The translations under genes were made by a program, and so were the position numbers. A DNA stretch of 64,000 nucleotides from Convolutriloba macropyga (Eukaryota): assembly GCF_964194025.1 (NCBI RefSeq), contig NC_134472.1, forward strand, positions 60,140,001-60,204,000, read 5' to 3'. Below the pieces are notes generated by a model. The model made no database searches. It worked only from the letters and a program-made list of their open reading frames with translations, and was not told the origin of the DNA. Each line of letters opens with the position of its first letter. The stretch's first letter is position 1. Shown here piece by piece: positions 11,701 through 24,074 of this stretch.

Positions 11701-13289
11701 TTTGTTGTTGTTGTTGTTTGATTTCGCTGTTCGTTTTGACTCGCTTTCTCAATATTGACATATTACAGCAATCTAATGCATCAATTTTTACTCCACTGAG
11801 TTATTTGTTTTGGAGGTTATCTTATCGTTCATACAGAATTTTTTGAAAAAGACTTGGGCTTTTTTGGGATTCGCAAAAAATAATTTTTGGGTTTTTCTAT
11901 CTGTTCCTCATTTGGTAGACAATTATGCCAAAATTGTGGATGGGCGGGGTCGGAACCTTATGTGCCATTGCACATTACCGAGCCGCCTTGTTGAAACCTA
12001 TATTCGCTACTCTGATTTTGCGCAATTATTTATTTTGAAAGATATCGTGGATCCTATAGTTAAACTAAGTAAAGAATGGGGCACAACAATACTTGGAAAT
12101 AGGACCACTGAGCAATGTTTTTCAGGTTTTGAAACCACACATATCCAGCGGATGCTGGATCTGACTTGAATTAGTTGCGTGCGGAGAGACAACCGCTTGT
12201 TACAAAACTGAATTGGGTATACCCCGATCTCGTTTTAACCGGGTTACTATCAAGATCAAAGGGTACCAATTGAGGCAGGACCGAGCTGGCTCTGGCGGCG
12301 CAGATGCGTGACAGTGGTGACAAAGTAAGAAAAAAAAAGAAATTAAGAAGCCAACGTTTGGAAAAGTCGACGAATTGATCGACACCAATGTGAGACCGCA
12401 GGAAATCCACAAAACTGTAAGACAGAACAGAAAGATTTTATTTACTGATTTTGCAGTAAATTGATAAAATTTAGACGGCAAGAAACCCAACCCTTGAACT
12501 TTTGATATTGAATGGGTTAGTCAATTCAAAATATTGGATAACTGGTTACCCTTAATCCCCATAATTTTGAGACAAAAAAGACATCGATTTTGAAAATTTT
12601 TGCTCGAAATGTCGAAAAATCGAAAAAAATTGATATAGAAGGTTCGTATATCAAAAAATTGCCTCTGATATAGAGAAAATAGAGAAAACATTATGCTAAA
12701 TTGTTCAATTTTGAACATTTTTGGTCAATTTTGATGCAATTCTAAAAACTTTAGAAAATCAATACCGAATATTGATAAACCGTATTTTCAAGCTTAAAAC
12801 CGTCCAGTTTACTGGATTACCGTTCCGTAATCAAGAATTTGCGAAAAAATTGACCAAACCTTGAAAAAATTGGACAAAAGCATAAAAATTTGACAAATTT
12901 GTCAAAATTATGATTTTTCAACTAGAAGGTTCGTCGATTTGAGTGAAACTCAATACAGAGAGAAATGTGAAAAATTCACAACCTCTGGCTCAAAAAAATT
13001 GTCATCGTATTTTTTTCGTATCTCGTTTTCGTACCGTACCGTCCGCTTCTTCTTCGTTCCTTAACTTCGACATTCACAATTTCCGTTTATTTTTGATCAA
13101 CATCGCTCTCCCAAAATTGCATTTTTCGTTTTCGTATCCGCTCATTCCGTTTTTGTTGCGTTCATAGTTGTGTTTCTCCGCCTAAGTATTTCTTCGATGT
13201 AGTATGTTGTCATATACGATGAAGTATGTTGTGTTTTTGTTGCAGTATGTTGATTAAGCTGGTAGGCTGGTTAGTTGCTTTAGTCTTGT

Positions 13290-13660
13290 TGCTTTCTAGG
13301 GTGTGCATTAAGTTTGTTCTAGAGTTACGGCTAGTTGGTTCCTGGACTTTTCCAGCTTACTAATTTAATAGCACCCCCGTTGTAGTATATTGATCTTTGC
13401 TGCTGTATGTTCGCGTGTAACTCTATGATTGTTAGTTGGTTTGGGTTTCAGCCTTCTAGGGTGTGACTTAAGTTCATTCTGGAGTTACGGCTAGATTTTT
13501 TCTTAACTTTTCCAGCTTTCATAGACTACAAATGCGCTGCATATTACATAACCTTTGCTGTAGTTGATTTAATATTGTTAGTACGCTGATCGATTGTTTA
13601 GGTTTGAAATTTGCTAGGGTATGACTTAAGTTTATTCTGGAGTTACGGCTAGTTTGTTTG
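13290..13660. repeat. Three diverged 160-bp tandem units with a conserved 45-bp core
   Basis: ctagggt(g/a)tg..ttaagtt..ttct(a/g)gagttacggctag at about 13295, 13455 and 13614. Confidence 0.85.
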
Positions 13661-14207
13661 GTTGAGTTTGTTGCTGTAGTCTGCAAGCATAGTACTTCAC
13701 GACCTCCCCGCTCGTTGCTTAATCGTCTCCCGCCCGTTCCGTTCCGTATTTCCGTTTCGTTTCGCGCCACTCGCTCAACGCATCCGTTCTGTCCGTCTCG
13801 TTTCCCGTTTCTTCGTGCGTCGCTCTTTCAGCGTTTCCGTCCCGTCCGTTGCGTTACCCGTTTACTACCCGCGTTTTCTCCATTTCCGTTCCGTTCCCTG
13901 TTGCGTTGCCGTTCGCCCGTCCTTCCCGCCCCGTCCGCTTCGTTTCCCGTTTCGTCGTGCTTCTTTAACCCAGTCCTCTTTCCCCGGTTGCCCGAGTTCC
14001 TGTTTAGTCTCACGTTGCTTTCAAGCACGTTAGACGCCCTCTCGAATTTTTTACTCACTTTCGCCGAAAAATTCATTACTTGGTAACTGTTTTCTGCTCT
14101 TCGACGTCTTGATTATCAAGTCGTCGTCAATTGGGTTTGGTATAACCCTCATTCCACGTGTTTGGTTGAAAGTTACTATACATTGATAAATTAGCCATTT
14201 CGTTATC

Positions 14208-17200
14208 ATGGCCGAACAGCAAGAGAAATTGAAAAAGCTCTTTACTGCAAGATCTAATCAAGAATCTGAGTTATGTAACATCCATAAGGACATCACAGAT
14301 GCCATAGATCGTCAAGACAGGAGGGTTGAAGTTGAACGCTTGGTTTCTAAGCTGAAGGACATTTTCAGTAAACTGGTGCAGAAGAATGAGGAACTATTTG
14401 ACTTTGCCAGTAAAGCGGAGAACCCAGATTCAATTTACCCTGTCCTTGAGCAATGGTTGGATGATGTAACTAAGAACAATGATAAATTCTTGCTTGCGGC
14501 TAGAAGTTATATTGACTCAGTTGCTGAGCGAGACACCGTATGTGAGGGTGTTAATCCTCAAGGGCATTCTAAGAGAAGTTCACGCCGAACAACATCATCA
14601 ATGTCTAGCCAGCGTAAACACGAATTTCTCATGGCAAAACTAAAACGCGAAGAGGCCGAGAAACAAGAGCAAGCTGCCATGCGCCCCGCTAAACAAAAAC
14701 ACGAAATTGCCATGAGAAAAAAAGGAGCTTGAAATACAAATGGAACAGATGGCACTTCAAGAATTGGAGGACGGCCACCGCCAGCGTGTTGCAGCGGCTA
14801 AATTAAATGAGGCTGATTTAATGGATAATCATTCATTGTTCAGTCACCACTCAAGTGAACTGAATTTGTTTTAAGATAGGGGTCAGATAGAAGTCAGGGA
14901 CTTGTTCAGGATTGGGTAAATTCGTTTCCAGCAAGTAATTCAAGTGAAATAAATTTTTCTCGTCCTGGTTCAGCAACCGCCGACCCTCCTGTTAAAGATA
15001 CTTCCCCTAGTAATCCTCCAGAAAACCCAAGTAATGTTGCCGATAACTTACATAATCTTGAAATGCTTTCTCAGTACACACGGCCAGGAGTTGCAATTTC
15101 TGTTGTCCAGCAGGAAGCTTTGTATCGAGAATATCTCCAGGCTCAACTGCAGCAATCATTCAGTGATCAAAGGGTCGAGCAGGCCCACAGTCCTTCAGGA
15201 AGTGGTAAGGTGAACCCAGTGAACCAAGTACCAGTCGACGTACAAAATGTCGCACTCCCACCACTTCAGCCACCTACGCAACCTCCCCGGCCACCGACAC
15301 CCGTTATGGCACCAACGAATTCCATTTTTGTACCTAATTTTTCAACAAACCCACAAGTAAATCAGTTCTTGGGTCCGAAAAGCTCCAGTGTGCCTGGTCA
15401 ATTACACATGTGGATGCCTCATGTTCCGCAACTACTGAATCCATCTCAAAGTAACATTCCACACCAAACACAGGTCCCTATTGCCCATTCCCCGCATAAT
15501 GTCCCTCCACTTCTAAACCCACTCGTGAACCCGCCTCCTGTATTCCCGCCTCAACAATTATATAATCCTCAGCCTCCCATTGTTCCGTCGGCCATTCCAG
15601 CGAGCGCAACAGCATACTTACCCGTCCCCAACATTCCACAACAAAACATTGTCCATTCAACTCAAACCCGCCTGGTACCGTGTCCTACAGCACAAAGACC
15701 TCCCCAGAACTGTAACCTTGATCTAAACTTGTGGAGTTTTCCTCAGAATAAACCCCCACACGTAAACCAGGCGACAAATAATGCTACCGACTATAACATT
15801 TTTCAACCGTACCTACCCCCAAGCACAGCTAACCCCGCTATCAGCCATCCCATCTTGCAAATGAGTGCGCATAATCCAAATGGCAACTACGCAGCAACTT
15901 GTAGCATCCCTGGTAACCCCTTTAGTACAACTACTAACATCGCGCCACCTTTCGTCACGCCGGTTATACATCCAACATACGGGCATACTGCACCGATACC
16001 ATTGTGCTGGGGTGGCCCACCGCATCCCACGCCTCCAGCGCCAGTATCTGAAAATGCAAGCTTGATTAAGGCATTCACTGACGCCTCAACTAGCAAGAGG
16101 AATGACCCGCTACCCGAATGGAAGTTGTCCCAATACAATGGGGATCCCCTACAGTGGCACAAATGGTATGGTCAGTTTAAAAGCGCAATTGACTCTCAGT
16201 CCTTAACTGATGATGTAACATTGACATACCTTAAGACCCTCGTAACAGGTAAAGCTAAAACAGCTATAGCTGAGTTCGCCTACTGCGGCGCAATGTACAA
16301 AGACGCACTGAGGACCTTAGAACTTAAATTTGGCCAACCACAGGTGGTCGTAAGTGCTCATTTGGATAAGCTCAACAGCTTCCCACCATTGAAGATGCAC
16401 AATAGCGATAACATCATTAACTGCTCGGGGTGCATTTCAAGTCTTGTCAGGGTATTTAAATCGCTCTCACACGATTCAGATTTAAAGAGTGCTGCGCTTC
16501 TCAACACTGCCGTACAGAAGCTACCACCCAATATGAAGGAGTCATAGTTACTCTTCATGTTCAAAAAGCATTGGGTGAAACCTTCTCTTCTTGACTTCAA
16601 CGATTGGTTAAAAGAGAAGGCCGAAGCGCACAATTTGATGAAGAATACCGCAACTAAAGCAAGGACTGAGGATACCATCAACTCAGTAACAAGATCAAAA
16701 GTTGCTTCGAAAGCATTCGCTGCAAATACACAACACAAGAGTAACCTTAAACCGCAACAGAAATCTCCGTTAACATCAATTTCTATTTGCATTGTATGCA
16801 AAGGCAGCCACCGGTTTTGGGAATGCCGTGTCTTTAAGGAAAACACCCCCACGCAGAGAGCCAAGGTCGTGGCTGAGGCAAAGCTCTGTTTCTCTTGTTT
16901 GCGTGATAAACACATGTTTAGGCAATGCCCAAGTCCCATAAGTGTAGGAAAGATGGCTGCAAAAGCTCCCATAACGCCTTACTTCATGGAGCTGAAAGGG
17001 TTTTCCCAGCTAAACCCTCAACAAACAACAACATCGATACTTCGAAGTCGAACGCAGGTACTGGTAGGCCATCTTTTGGTCAACAGCAACCAAGCAAAAC
17101 AACTACTTTGTCTTCCGTAACGGATGTCAAAGGCCTCCTTCAGGTCATGGAATTGAAACTTACTAACTCTTCTGATACAAGTACTACGGCGTTGGTTTTA

Positions 17201-20200
17201 TGCGATACCGCTTGCAGTAACTCTTGGGTGTCCGATAGTCTCGCTGCTAGAATCGGTTTGCAGGGTACCGCATTAAAATTTACCGTCAAGGGTATAAACA
17301 GAGAATAACTCATAGACACAAAGGTGGTTCAATTGACTGTGACACCTCATAAAGACCAAGACTTTGAAGCATTCACTGTGCGTCCCTACGTGAGGGAAAC
17401 ATTAAACGTAGGTTCCGACATGATTGACGTCAGGTCCATGCAAGAAACTTACCCACATTTGGCAGTTCTAGATCCAGTAAGATATAGCTATGGGAACATT
17501 GAGATGATACTTGGACAGGATGTCTACCATGCCATCCGCCCGTTAGAGTATTTTTCAGCCGACGAAAAGTGCTCACCGTTCGCTGTCCGCTTGCCCATAG
17601 GTTGGGTTTTAAGTGGCCCACTCCCGTCAAGTTCAAGTTTAGTCTCGGTGTGTTTCAAAGCCATTTTTGAACAGGATTTTGAATTAGCTTGTCAGGTTAA
17701 ACCTTGGTATGATATGGAATCGTACGGCGCGTCCAAGCAAGTTGACCCACGATCCGCAGCGGATGCTTGCGCGCAGGAAATACTTAAAACAACAACTTTC
17801 CATAACGGCCAAAGATACGATGTCGGTATGTTATGGGCTGAAGACAACATCCAGCTCCCGAATAACTACTTTTCATCATTGGTACAGCTCAAGTCTCTCG
17901 AAAAGCGACTCTCGAGAGATGCATCATTGAAAGAAAATTATACTAATACCATCCGTGAAGACTTGGAAAAAGGTTACTTGATTAGAATCCCTGATGCTCA
18001 CAAGGTCGAGCAGCGGTCGAATAAAGAGTGGTACCTACCACATCATCCCGTAACCAATCCGAACAAACCGGGGAAGTGCGTAGGTCATTAAATGGTGCAG
18101 CAAAGTTCCACGGTACTTCTTTGAATAAATCTTTTCTCACTGGCCGCGACCTGCTCCAAAACCTAATCCACGTACTACTTAGGTTCCGTCAACATCAATT
18201 CGCCGTGTCCGCCGATATTGAGGTATGTTCCTCCAAGTGGGTGTCCCTGACCGTGCGTTTTTTGTGGCGGGAGGACCCCACAACAAATGTTGTAGTGCAT
18301 CAATACACGCGCCATATATTCGGGGCTAAGGCTCGCCCACATGCGCTAACTATGCACTGCAACGCACGGCCCGAGTCAATGTTAATCAGTTCCCGGAAGC
18401 AACCAAAGCTGTCCTAGAAAACTTCTACATGGACGATTACTTGGATTCGGTGGAGTCAACTGAGAGGGCTCTCAAAAGATCGAAGGAGTTGGTGCATCTT
18501 CTTCATCTAGGTGGGTTCAAGCTTACTAAGTTTGTAAGCAATGTACCAAATCTGGCTGATCGAAATGATGGGTCAACTCAGTCTACCGAACCAAAAGTAA
18601 TTGCCTCATCTAAGAAGAATTCTTCGCACGTGCTTGGGTTGAAATGGGACCACAACAATGATACTCTAATTGTGGGTCGGGGCACCTCCAGTACAGTAAC
18701 TAAGTCTTTAACACAACGCTTGCTATTGAGTCTAGTGTGTAAGGTGTTTGATCCTATCGGCCTAGTGGCGCCATTTACTGTTGGTGCCCTATTGTTACTA
18801 AAGGACATCTGGCGTGTCAGCGGGCAGCACTGGGATGAAGAATCACCAATAGACACTGTAGAAAGGATCCTCGAATGGAGTGTAGAACTACCAAAGCTTG
18901 CCGAAATCACTATACCAAGGAGTTACTTTTCGGGGAAAATTTAAACACCTGGAGCTACACATGTTTGGCGATAGTTCCCAAGAGGTCTTCAGCGCTGTTG
19001 CATTTCTCCGAGCTTAAGTAAACACCTCTAGTGGGCCAAAACCAGAGCTTGCATTTGTCCTGGGTAAAGCTCGTGTAGCACCTATGAATGTGATGACAAT
19101 TCCAAAGCTAGAGATGCAAGCTGCTTTACTGGCCGCTCTGTTGAAACAGGATATCTGTCGAGCCCTTACTGTACATGTCAACAAAGTTTATATGTGGACT
19201 GACAGCACTACTGTCAGTCCACATATAAACTTGCAGTGGCTCAACTCCACAAGCAAGCAGCCAATATTTGTTGCAAACCTTGTATGCGAGATTTTAGAAC
19301 ACACTAGCGTTGACGAATGGAACCACGTTGCCTCAAGCGATAATCCAGCAGATGCCGGTACTCGTGGTATGTCCGCTGAGGTTTTGCAATCAAGTAGCTG
19401 GGTGAGTGGTCCAGATTTCTTAATAACCAAAGACTTCCCGTTCGAACCAAGCATCGAAGTAGTTAAAAACATCAAACTTGGTATAGTAGCTAAGGAAACT
19501 GACGAAACCAATACATCATTGGCCGCATCCGTAACCAAGTCAACTAAGGAACCGCCCCCGCAACTAATCCCATTCAATAAGTACAGTTCTTGTCAGAAGT
19601 TGCTACGGATAACAGCGTACGCACTCCGCTTGTTACCTTCTCACGAATGTTACCGTAATGCCGATGGTAGCATCATAGACCCCACGGAGCTTGAAGAAGC
19701 CGAGCGTCATCTCCAGTATCTTTTCCAAGGGGAGTCATTTAATGCGGAGAGAAAAGATCTCCTCGAAAACAAACCCGTTAAACGGAGTAGCCGTATTGCC
19801 CCGTTTTCTCCCTTTATGGGGCCAAATCGTCTTATTAGATCGGCAGGCTGCATCAAGCGGTTGGTCGAAGTTGACTTTGATGTGAAACATCTTATCGTTC
19901 TTGACGCACGCCATGCATTTGTAAAGTTGTTCCTCAATCACACCCACGTTAAACATCATCATCAAGGTATTGACTACCTGCGAGCTAAAGTACAAGAACG
20001 TTATACCATCCTCAAATTACGATCCTCACTGCGTTCAATTAAATCCAACTGCGTCACGTGCAGGATGTTCCGCGCTGCCACTATTCAACCCATTATGGCT
20101 GACCTCTCAGTAGAAAGACTCGCATACCAGTCTCCTCCCTTCACGAACACCGGGGTCAACTACTTTGGCCCGTTTTATGTTACTGTACGTAGGACTACCG

Positions 20201-21060
20201 AGAAGAGGTGGGGTTTCCTCTTCACATGCTTAACTACTCGTGCCGTTCATGTCGAAATTGTTCCTTTCATGGACGCCAGTTCGTGTGTAATGGGAGTGGA
20301 GCGGTTCGTCGCCCGTCGGGGTACACCAGCCATTCTTTGGTCAGACAATGGCACTAACTTTGTTGGCGCGGAAAAAAAACTACGCGAGAACATTGAAAAG
20401 TGGAACACCACCAACATCGCTGTGGAATTTGCCCACAAAGGCATCAAGTGGAGGTTCAACCCACCCAGTGCGCCACACCAAAGTGGCATCTGGGAGAGGC
20501 TAGTACGTAGTTTCAAGCGCGTACTTTACACAATCCTTGGAACACGTCGCCTCACAGATGAGGTTTTAAGTACCACTTTTTGTCTGGTCGAACATGCCTT
20601 TAATTCACGTCCGTTAACGCCCGTAAGCGCCGACCCGTCCGATCTAGGCGCATTAACACCTAATCACTTTCTCCTCGGTAACCAAGCACGTAGTCTTCCT
20701 TCCATCATTGGTGTAGATGAGTTTGATCACCGTAAGCGTTACGCCCGCGCGCAGTCTTACGCTAACGCTATTTGGTCTCGTTGGATCAAAGAGTACGTAC
20801 CAGCGCTGAACCGACGTTCCAAGTGGCAGACGCCTGCCGTGCTTGACCTCAAGACCGGTGATTTGGTATGGGTAGTTGAAGAGACCAACCCAAGGGGTTA
20901 CTACCCCACTGCTCGGATCACTGAACTCCGTTACGGTTCCGACAGCGTCGCACGCTCCGCCGTATTGCGCACGTCCTCCGGATCGCTCGTTCGCCCGCTT
21001 GTAAAATTAGTACCCATTCTCCCAGCATCTTCTTCTGGGCCGGAGGATGTTAGTAACTAA
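14208..21060 (+). pseudogene. BEL/Pao gag-pol polyprotein pseudogene (Gag, three zinc knuckles, protease, RT, RNase H, integrase)
   Basis: LPEWKLSQYNGDPLQW; CIVC/CFSC/CRKDGC knuckles; LCDTACS protease; WYLPHH, SADIE, YMDDYL; WTDST, NPADAGTRG; HHCC, SDNGTNF, WERLV. Broken by several stops and frameshifts; the first integrase Asp reads Asn (GVNYFGP). Confidence 0.96.
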
Positions 21061-21440
21061 ATATATGTAAGCGAGAGATATATCATCCAATCAGAATCGA
21101 GTTTTTAATTTGCGTATAGAATTGCGTCTAATATACACAAAAAGTTCCGGAAAAGTTCGTATAACCTAATTTTAAGTAAATAATACCATGATATGTAGCG
21201 AATAAAGCGGTTTTCGGCTTAATATTTTTAGGTTCTTTAGACAATTGTTGATCGATTATGAACCGATTCTGACGTCAATAACATCAGACAAAAAACCAGT
21301 AAAAGAGCATCAAAAAAAACCTTGCCGTCTAAACTCTCATTTGTTGCTATGTTCATTACAATCCTAATACGTAACAATGCTAATACGTTACTTGAATTGA
21401 AGATACGAAAGAGTGTTGTTTTGTTTTACACCTTTAATAC
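21048..21440 (+). repeat. 3' LTR of BEL element 2 (about 393 bp)
   Basis: Begins TGTTAG after the PPT; contains CCAAT (21087), AATAAA (21201), TGACGTCA (21270); distal part matches 9039-9192. Confidence 0.9.
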
Positions 21441-23930
21441 ATACAGAATGTAAAGACCTGGAGTCCTCCATTCGGAAATGCTCACACACGCATATCATAA
21501 TAAAAAAGGCGGCAAGGGAAGAATCTGGCAGTATGGAGAAATTGATGCAGCGATAGCCGAGATGAATGCGAAAAGCGAGGAAAGACACGTGTTCCCAGAA
21601 GAATACAAAATTGCAGCAGACAAAACGGAGGAGTCTGTGCTCGAGGTGTTGATGCTCAAAAAATATCTTGAGGGAGAAAATGGAAAAGACCAAAGAGAAG
21701 GAAATGTGGTCTCTAATCCACATATTCGAGGGGAGCGAACCCATTGAAAAAAGAGAAAGAATATCGTCCACAAGGACTACGCAAAGACAACAGACACGTA
21801 AAATACTTATGCACTGGTGAGCAAATATTCTAATTAAAGTAAACTGTAGCTAATGAAACCAGATCGTTGGGTACAAGCATCTCAGAACAGAGAATTCAGA
21901 AAAGAAACAGACAACGAAGATGGGTTCTCTCAGAATTTTACAATGAAAGAACTTAAGGCTTCAATCGAGAAAACTAACCCAACTAAAGCTGCGGAAGCAG
22001 ACGGAATGCATCCCAAATGATGAGACAGCTCGGGAAACGGACAATGGAGAGTCTCCTGGAGATGTGTGAGATGTCATGAGCAGATGCACAGCTGTTGCAA
22101 TTGTCGAGAAGTTACAGCATCTTTCCGATCCCCAAACCGGGAAAGGATGCGTCAAAAATGGAAACGCACAGGCCAATGAGTCTTACGACAGTTAGGGGAA
22201 GATGCTAGTAAGTATCGTGAAAAAAACGCCTCGGTTATTTTATGGAAAAAAATTGGACTTCTGACGGAATCGCAAGCAGACTTCAGACAAAGCTAATCAA
22301 CAGAAGACCAGTTGTTGCTAAGGTCACAATCAATCAGTGACATTAAGTGGCGAGTCCTATGCCCAGAACGGTGTGCGCCCTGATAGACTACAGCGGAGCT
22401 TACGATTCAATCTGGAGCGGAACTTTAGTGTGCACAATGATGGGAAAGAGAAAAACTACACAAATAATCAGATGGGTAAAAGCGTGGTTAGCGAACAGAC
22501 GGAACTGCGAGACAAATGGATAGGGGAAGAGCAGGTGCAGGACATTCCTTCAAGGAGCACCACAACGATCGGTAACCTCACCAATAATGTTCCCAATCTT
22601 CATAGACGATATAGCAGACGATACTGAGGATGGGATGCTTTTGTCAATGTTCGCAGATGATGTGCCGGTTATCTGTACTGTTAAATGTTTAGAAGTAACA
22701 AACAAGAGGGTAAAAACAACTAGATAGATGCAACAACAATAGATGCAATATCGATTGATTGTGACCTGTCGCCAAAAAGACAAGAAGCGGACAGCTGGCA
22801 GTTAAAGAACGTGGGAAATTGCTTCGGTTAAGTGGTATCAACCCCCGATATGCTGTCAGAACAACTGTACAAAACGAAGTAAAGTATAAAGAAAAAGGAC
22901 TGGTGAAGCTACTCCAGAAAATCTGGATAGAGATCACTGGACCCGACAAACTGAAACCTTTTCGCCCAACAGGACGCTCTGTGGAACGGCAATCAAAATC
23001 CAAAAATTTTACGACCAAGAAGAGCAACAACATAGATGAGCAAAAACGAATAACGAAACAGTTCCTCGAGAGCCTCGAACTTTGAAAAATATCTACACTG
23101 ATTGATAAGCAACAGCCGGAACATACAATGGAGGAGCAATGACGTTTTGCGAGGCCACAGGAGAGACATCATATTCAGGATCCGGCCGTTTTTGTTCAGA
23201 TTACCACGCCGAAATGACGGTTTTTTTTGGAACGCTCTGGATTACATTGAAAAGACAACTGAGAACAAGCAGTGCAGAATGATTACGGGATCGATGTGGC
23301 TTGAACAAAACCTAAGAAAGCTCAACATGCAGAAGCAATGGATTATTTCTACGGAAAAAACCAGTGCATCCCATTCTATATGAGATGCACTGGTCAGCCT
23401 AAAATAAATTTGGAGACGAAGCCGAAATAGAAGCCGTTTGGTGCCCCAACAATTGTGGGATTTACGGAAATGAACAAGCCGACAAAGCCGCTAATGAAGG
23501 TTCGACAGAAAAGCAAAAGACCGCAGAGGTAGCCTTTGAGGCTGCATGCTCAGAGATAAAGTGGATTCTAAAACTGAACAACCAACCTTTCAACACCACT
23601 ACCGAAGCATACATAGAAGATGCCAAAAAAATACCTGAGAGACAGAGTCCTGAACAGTTGTGAACAGACAATAAAATCAACGCTCAGATCAGGCCACCAC
23701 CAAGACCTGCGAGGGTGGCGAGGAAAAGTTGGGCTCACTGAGGAAGTTGATAACTGCTGTAGAGTACGCAGAATTGCAGAAGAAATCACTCGTCGCGTCA
23801 CCACCGACTGCTCAGGAATGTTCAACTAATACCAGAAAAACCGGAGCATAAAAAATCTGAAAACTGAACCTAAGAGGGCGCTTCAACTCTTTGAAAAGTG
23901 AAAGGAAAAGGCAGAAGATCAACTCACAAA
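21441..23930 (+). mobile_element. Ingi/I-group LINE, 3' part (degenerate RT, RNase H, C-terminal zinc finger)
   Basis: KAAEADGMHP, QADFRQS*STEDQLL, GAPQRSVTSPIMF, MFADDVP, CGIYGNEQADKAANEG (RNase H), LRSGH...C; resumes the sequence interrupted at 9030 and ends at an N gap. Confidence 0.88.
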
Positions 23931-24074
23931 NNNNNNNNNNNNNNNNNNNNNNNNNNNNNNNNNNNNNNNNNNNNNNNNNNNNNNNNNNNNNNNNNNNNNN
24001 NNNNNNNNNNNNNNNNNNNNNNNNNNNNNNNNNNNNNNNNNNNNNNNNNNNNNNNNNNNNNNNNNNNNNNNNNN
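23931..24074. other. Assembly gap
   Basis: Run of N. Confidence 1.

Larger units (their letters stand above)
9039..21440 (+). mobile_element. BEL/Pao LTR retrotransposon 2, near full length but inactivated, inserted in the LINE
   Basis: 5'-truncated LTR 9039-9192 matches 21286-21439; PBS 9193-9201; gag-PR-RT-RH-IN order at 14208-21060; PPT GGGCCGGAGGA then TGTTAG at 21048. Confidence 0.9.

Noticed and set aside
12540-12556. TTAA-GGG Kolobok-like termini (also near 27310, 38870, 58300)
   Set aside because: No matching partner TIR could be paired by eye.
13290-13660. CRISPR-like repeat-spacer pattern
   Set aside because: Eukaryotic context, no cas genes, and the linkers share residual similarity, so these are diverged tandem repeats.
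13658-14086. ORFs of 142 aa (+) and 82 aa (-)
   Set aside because: By-products of an A-poor low-complexity tract.
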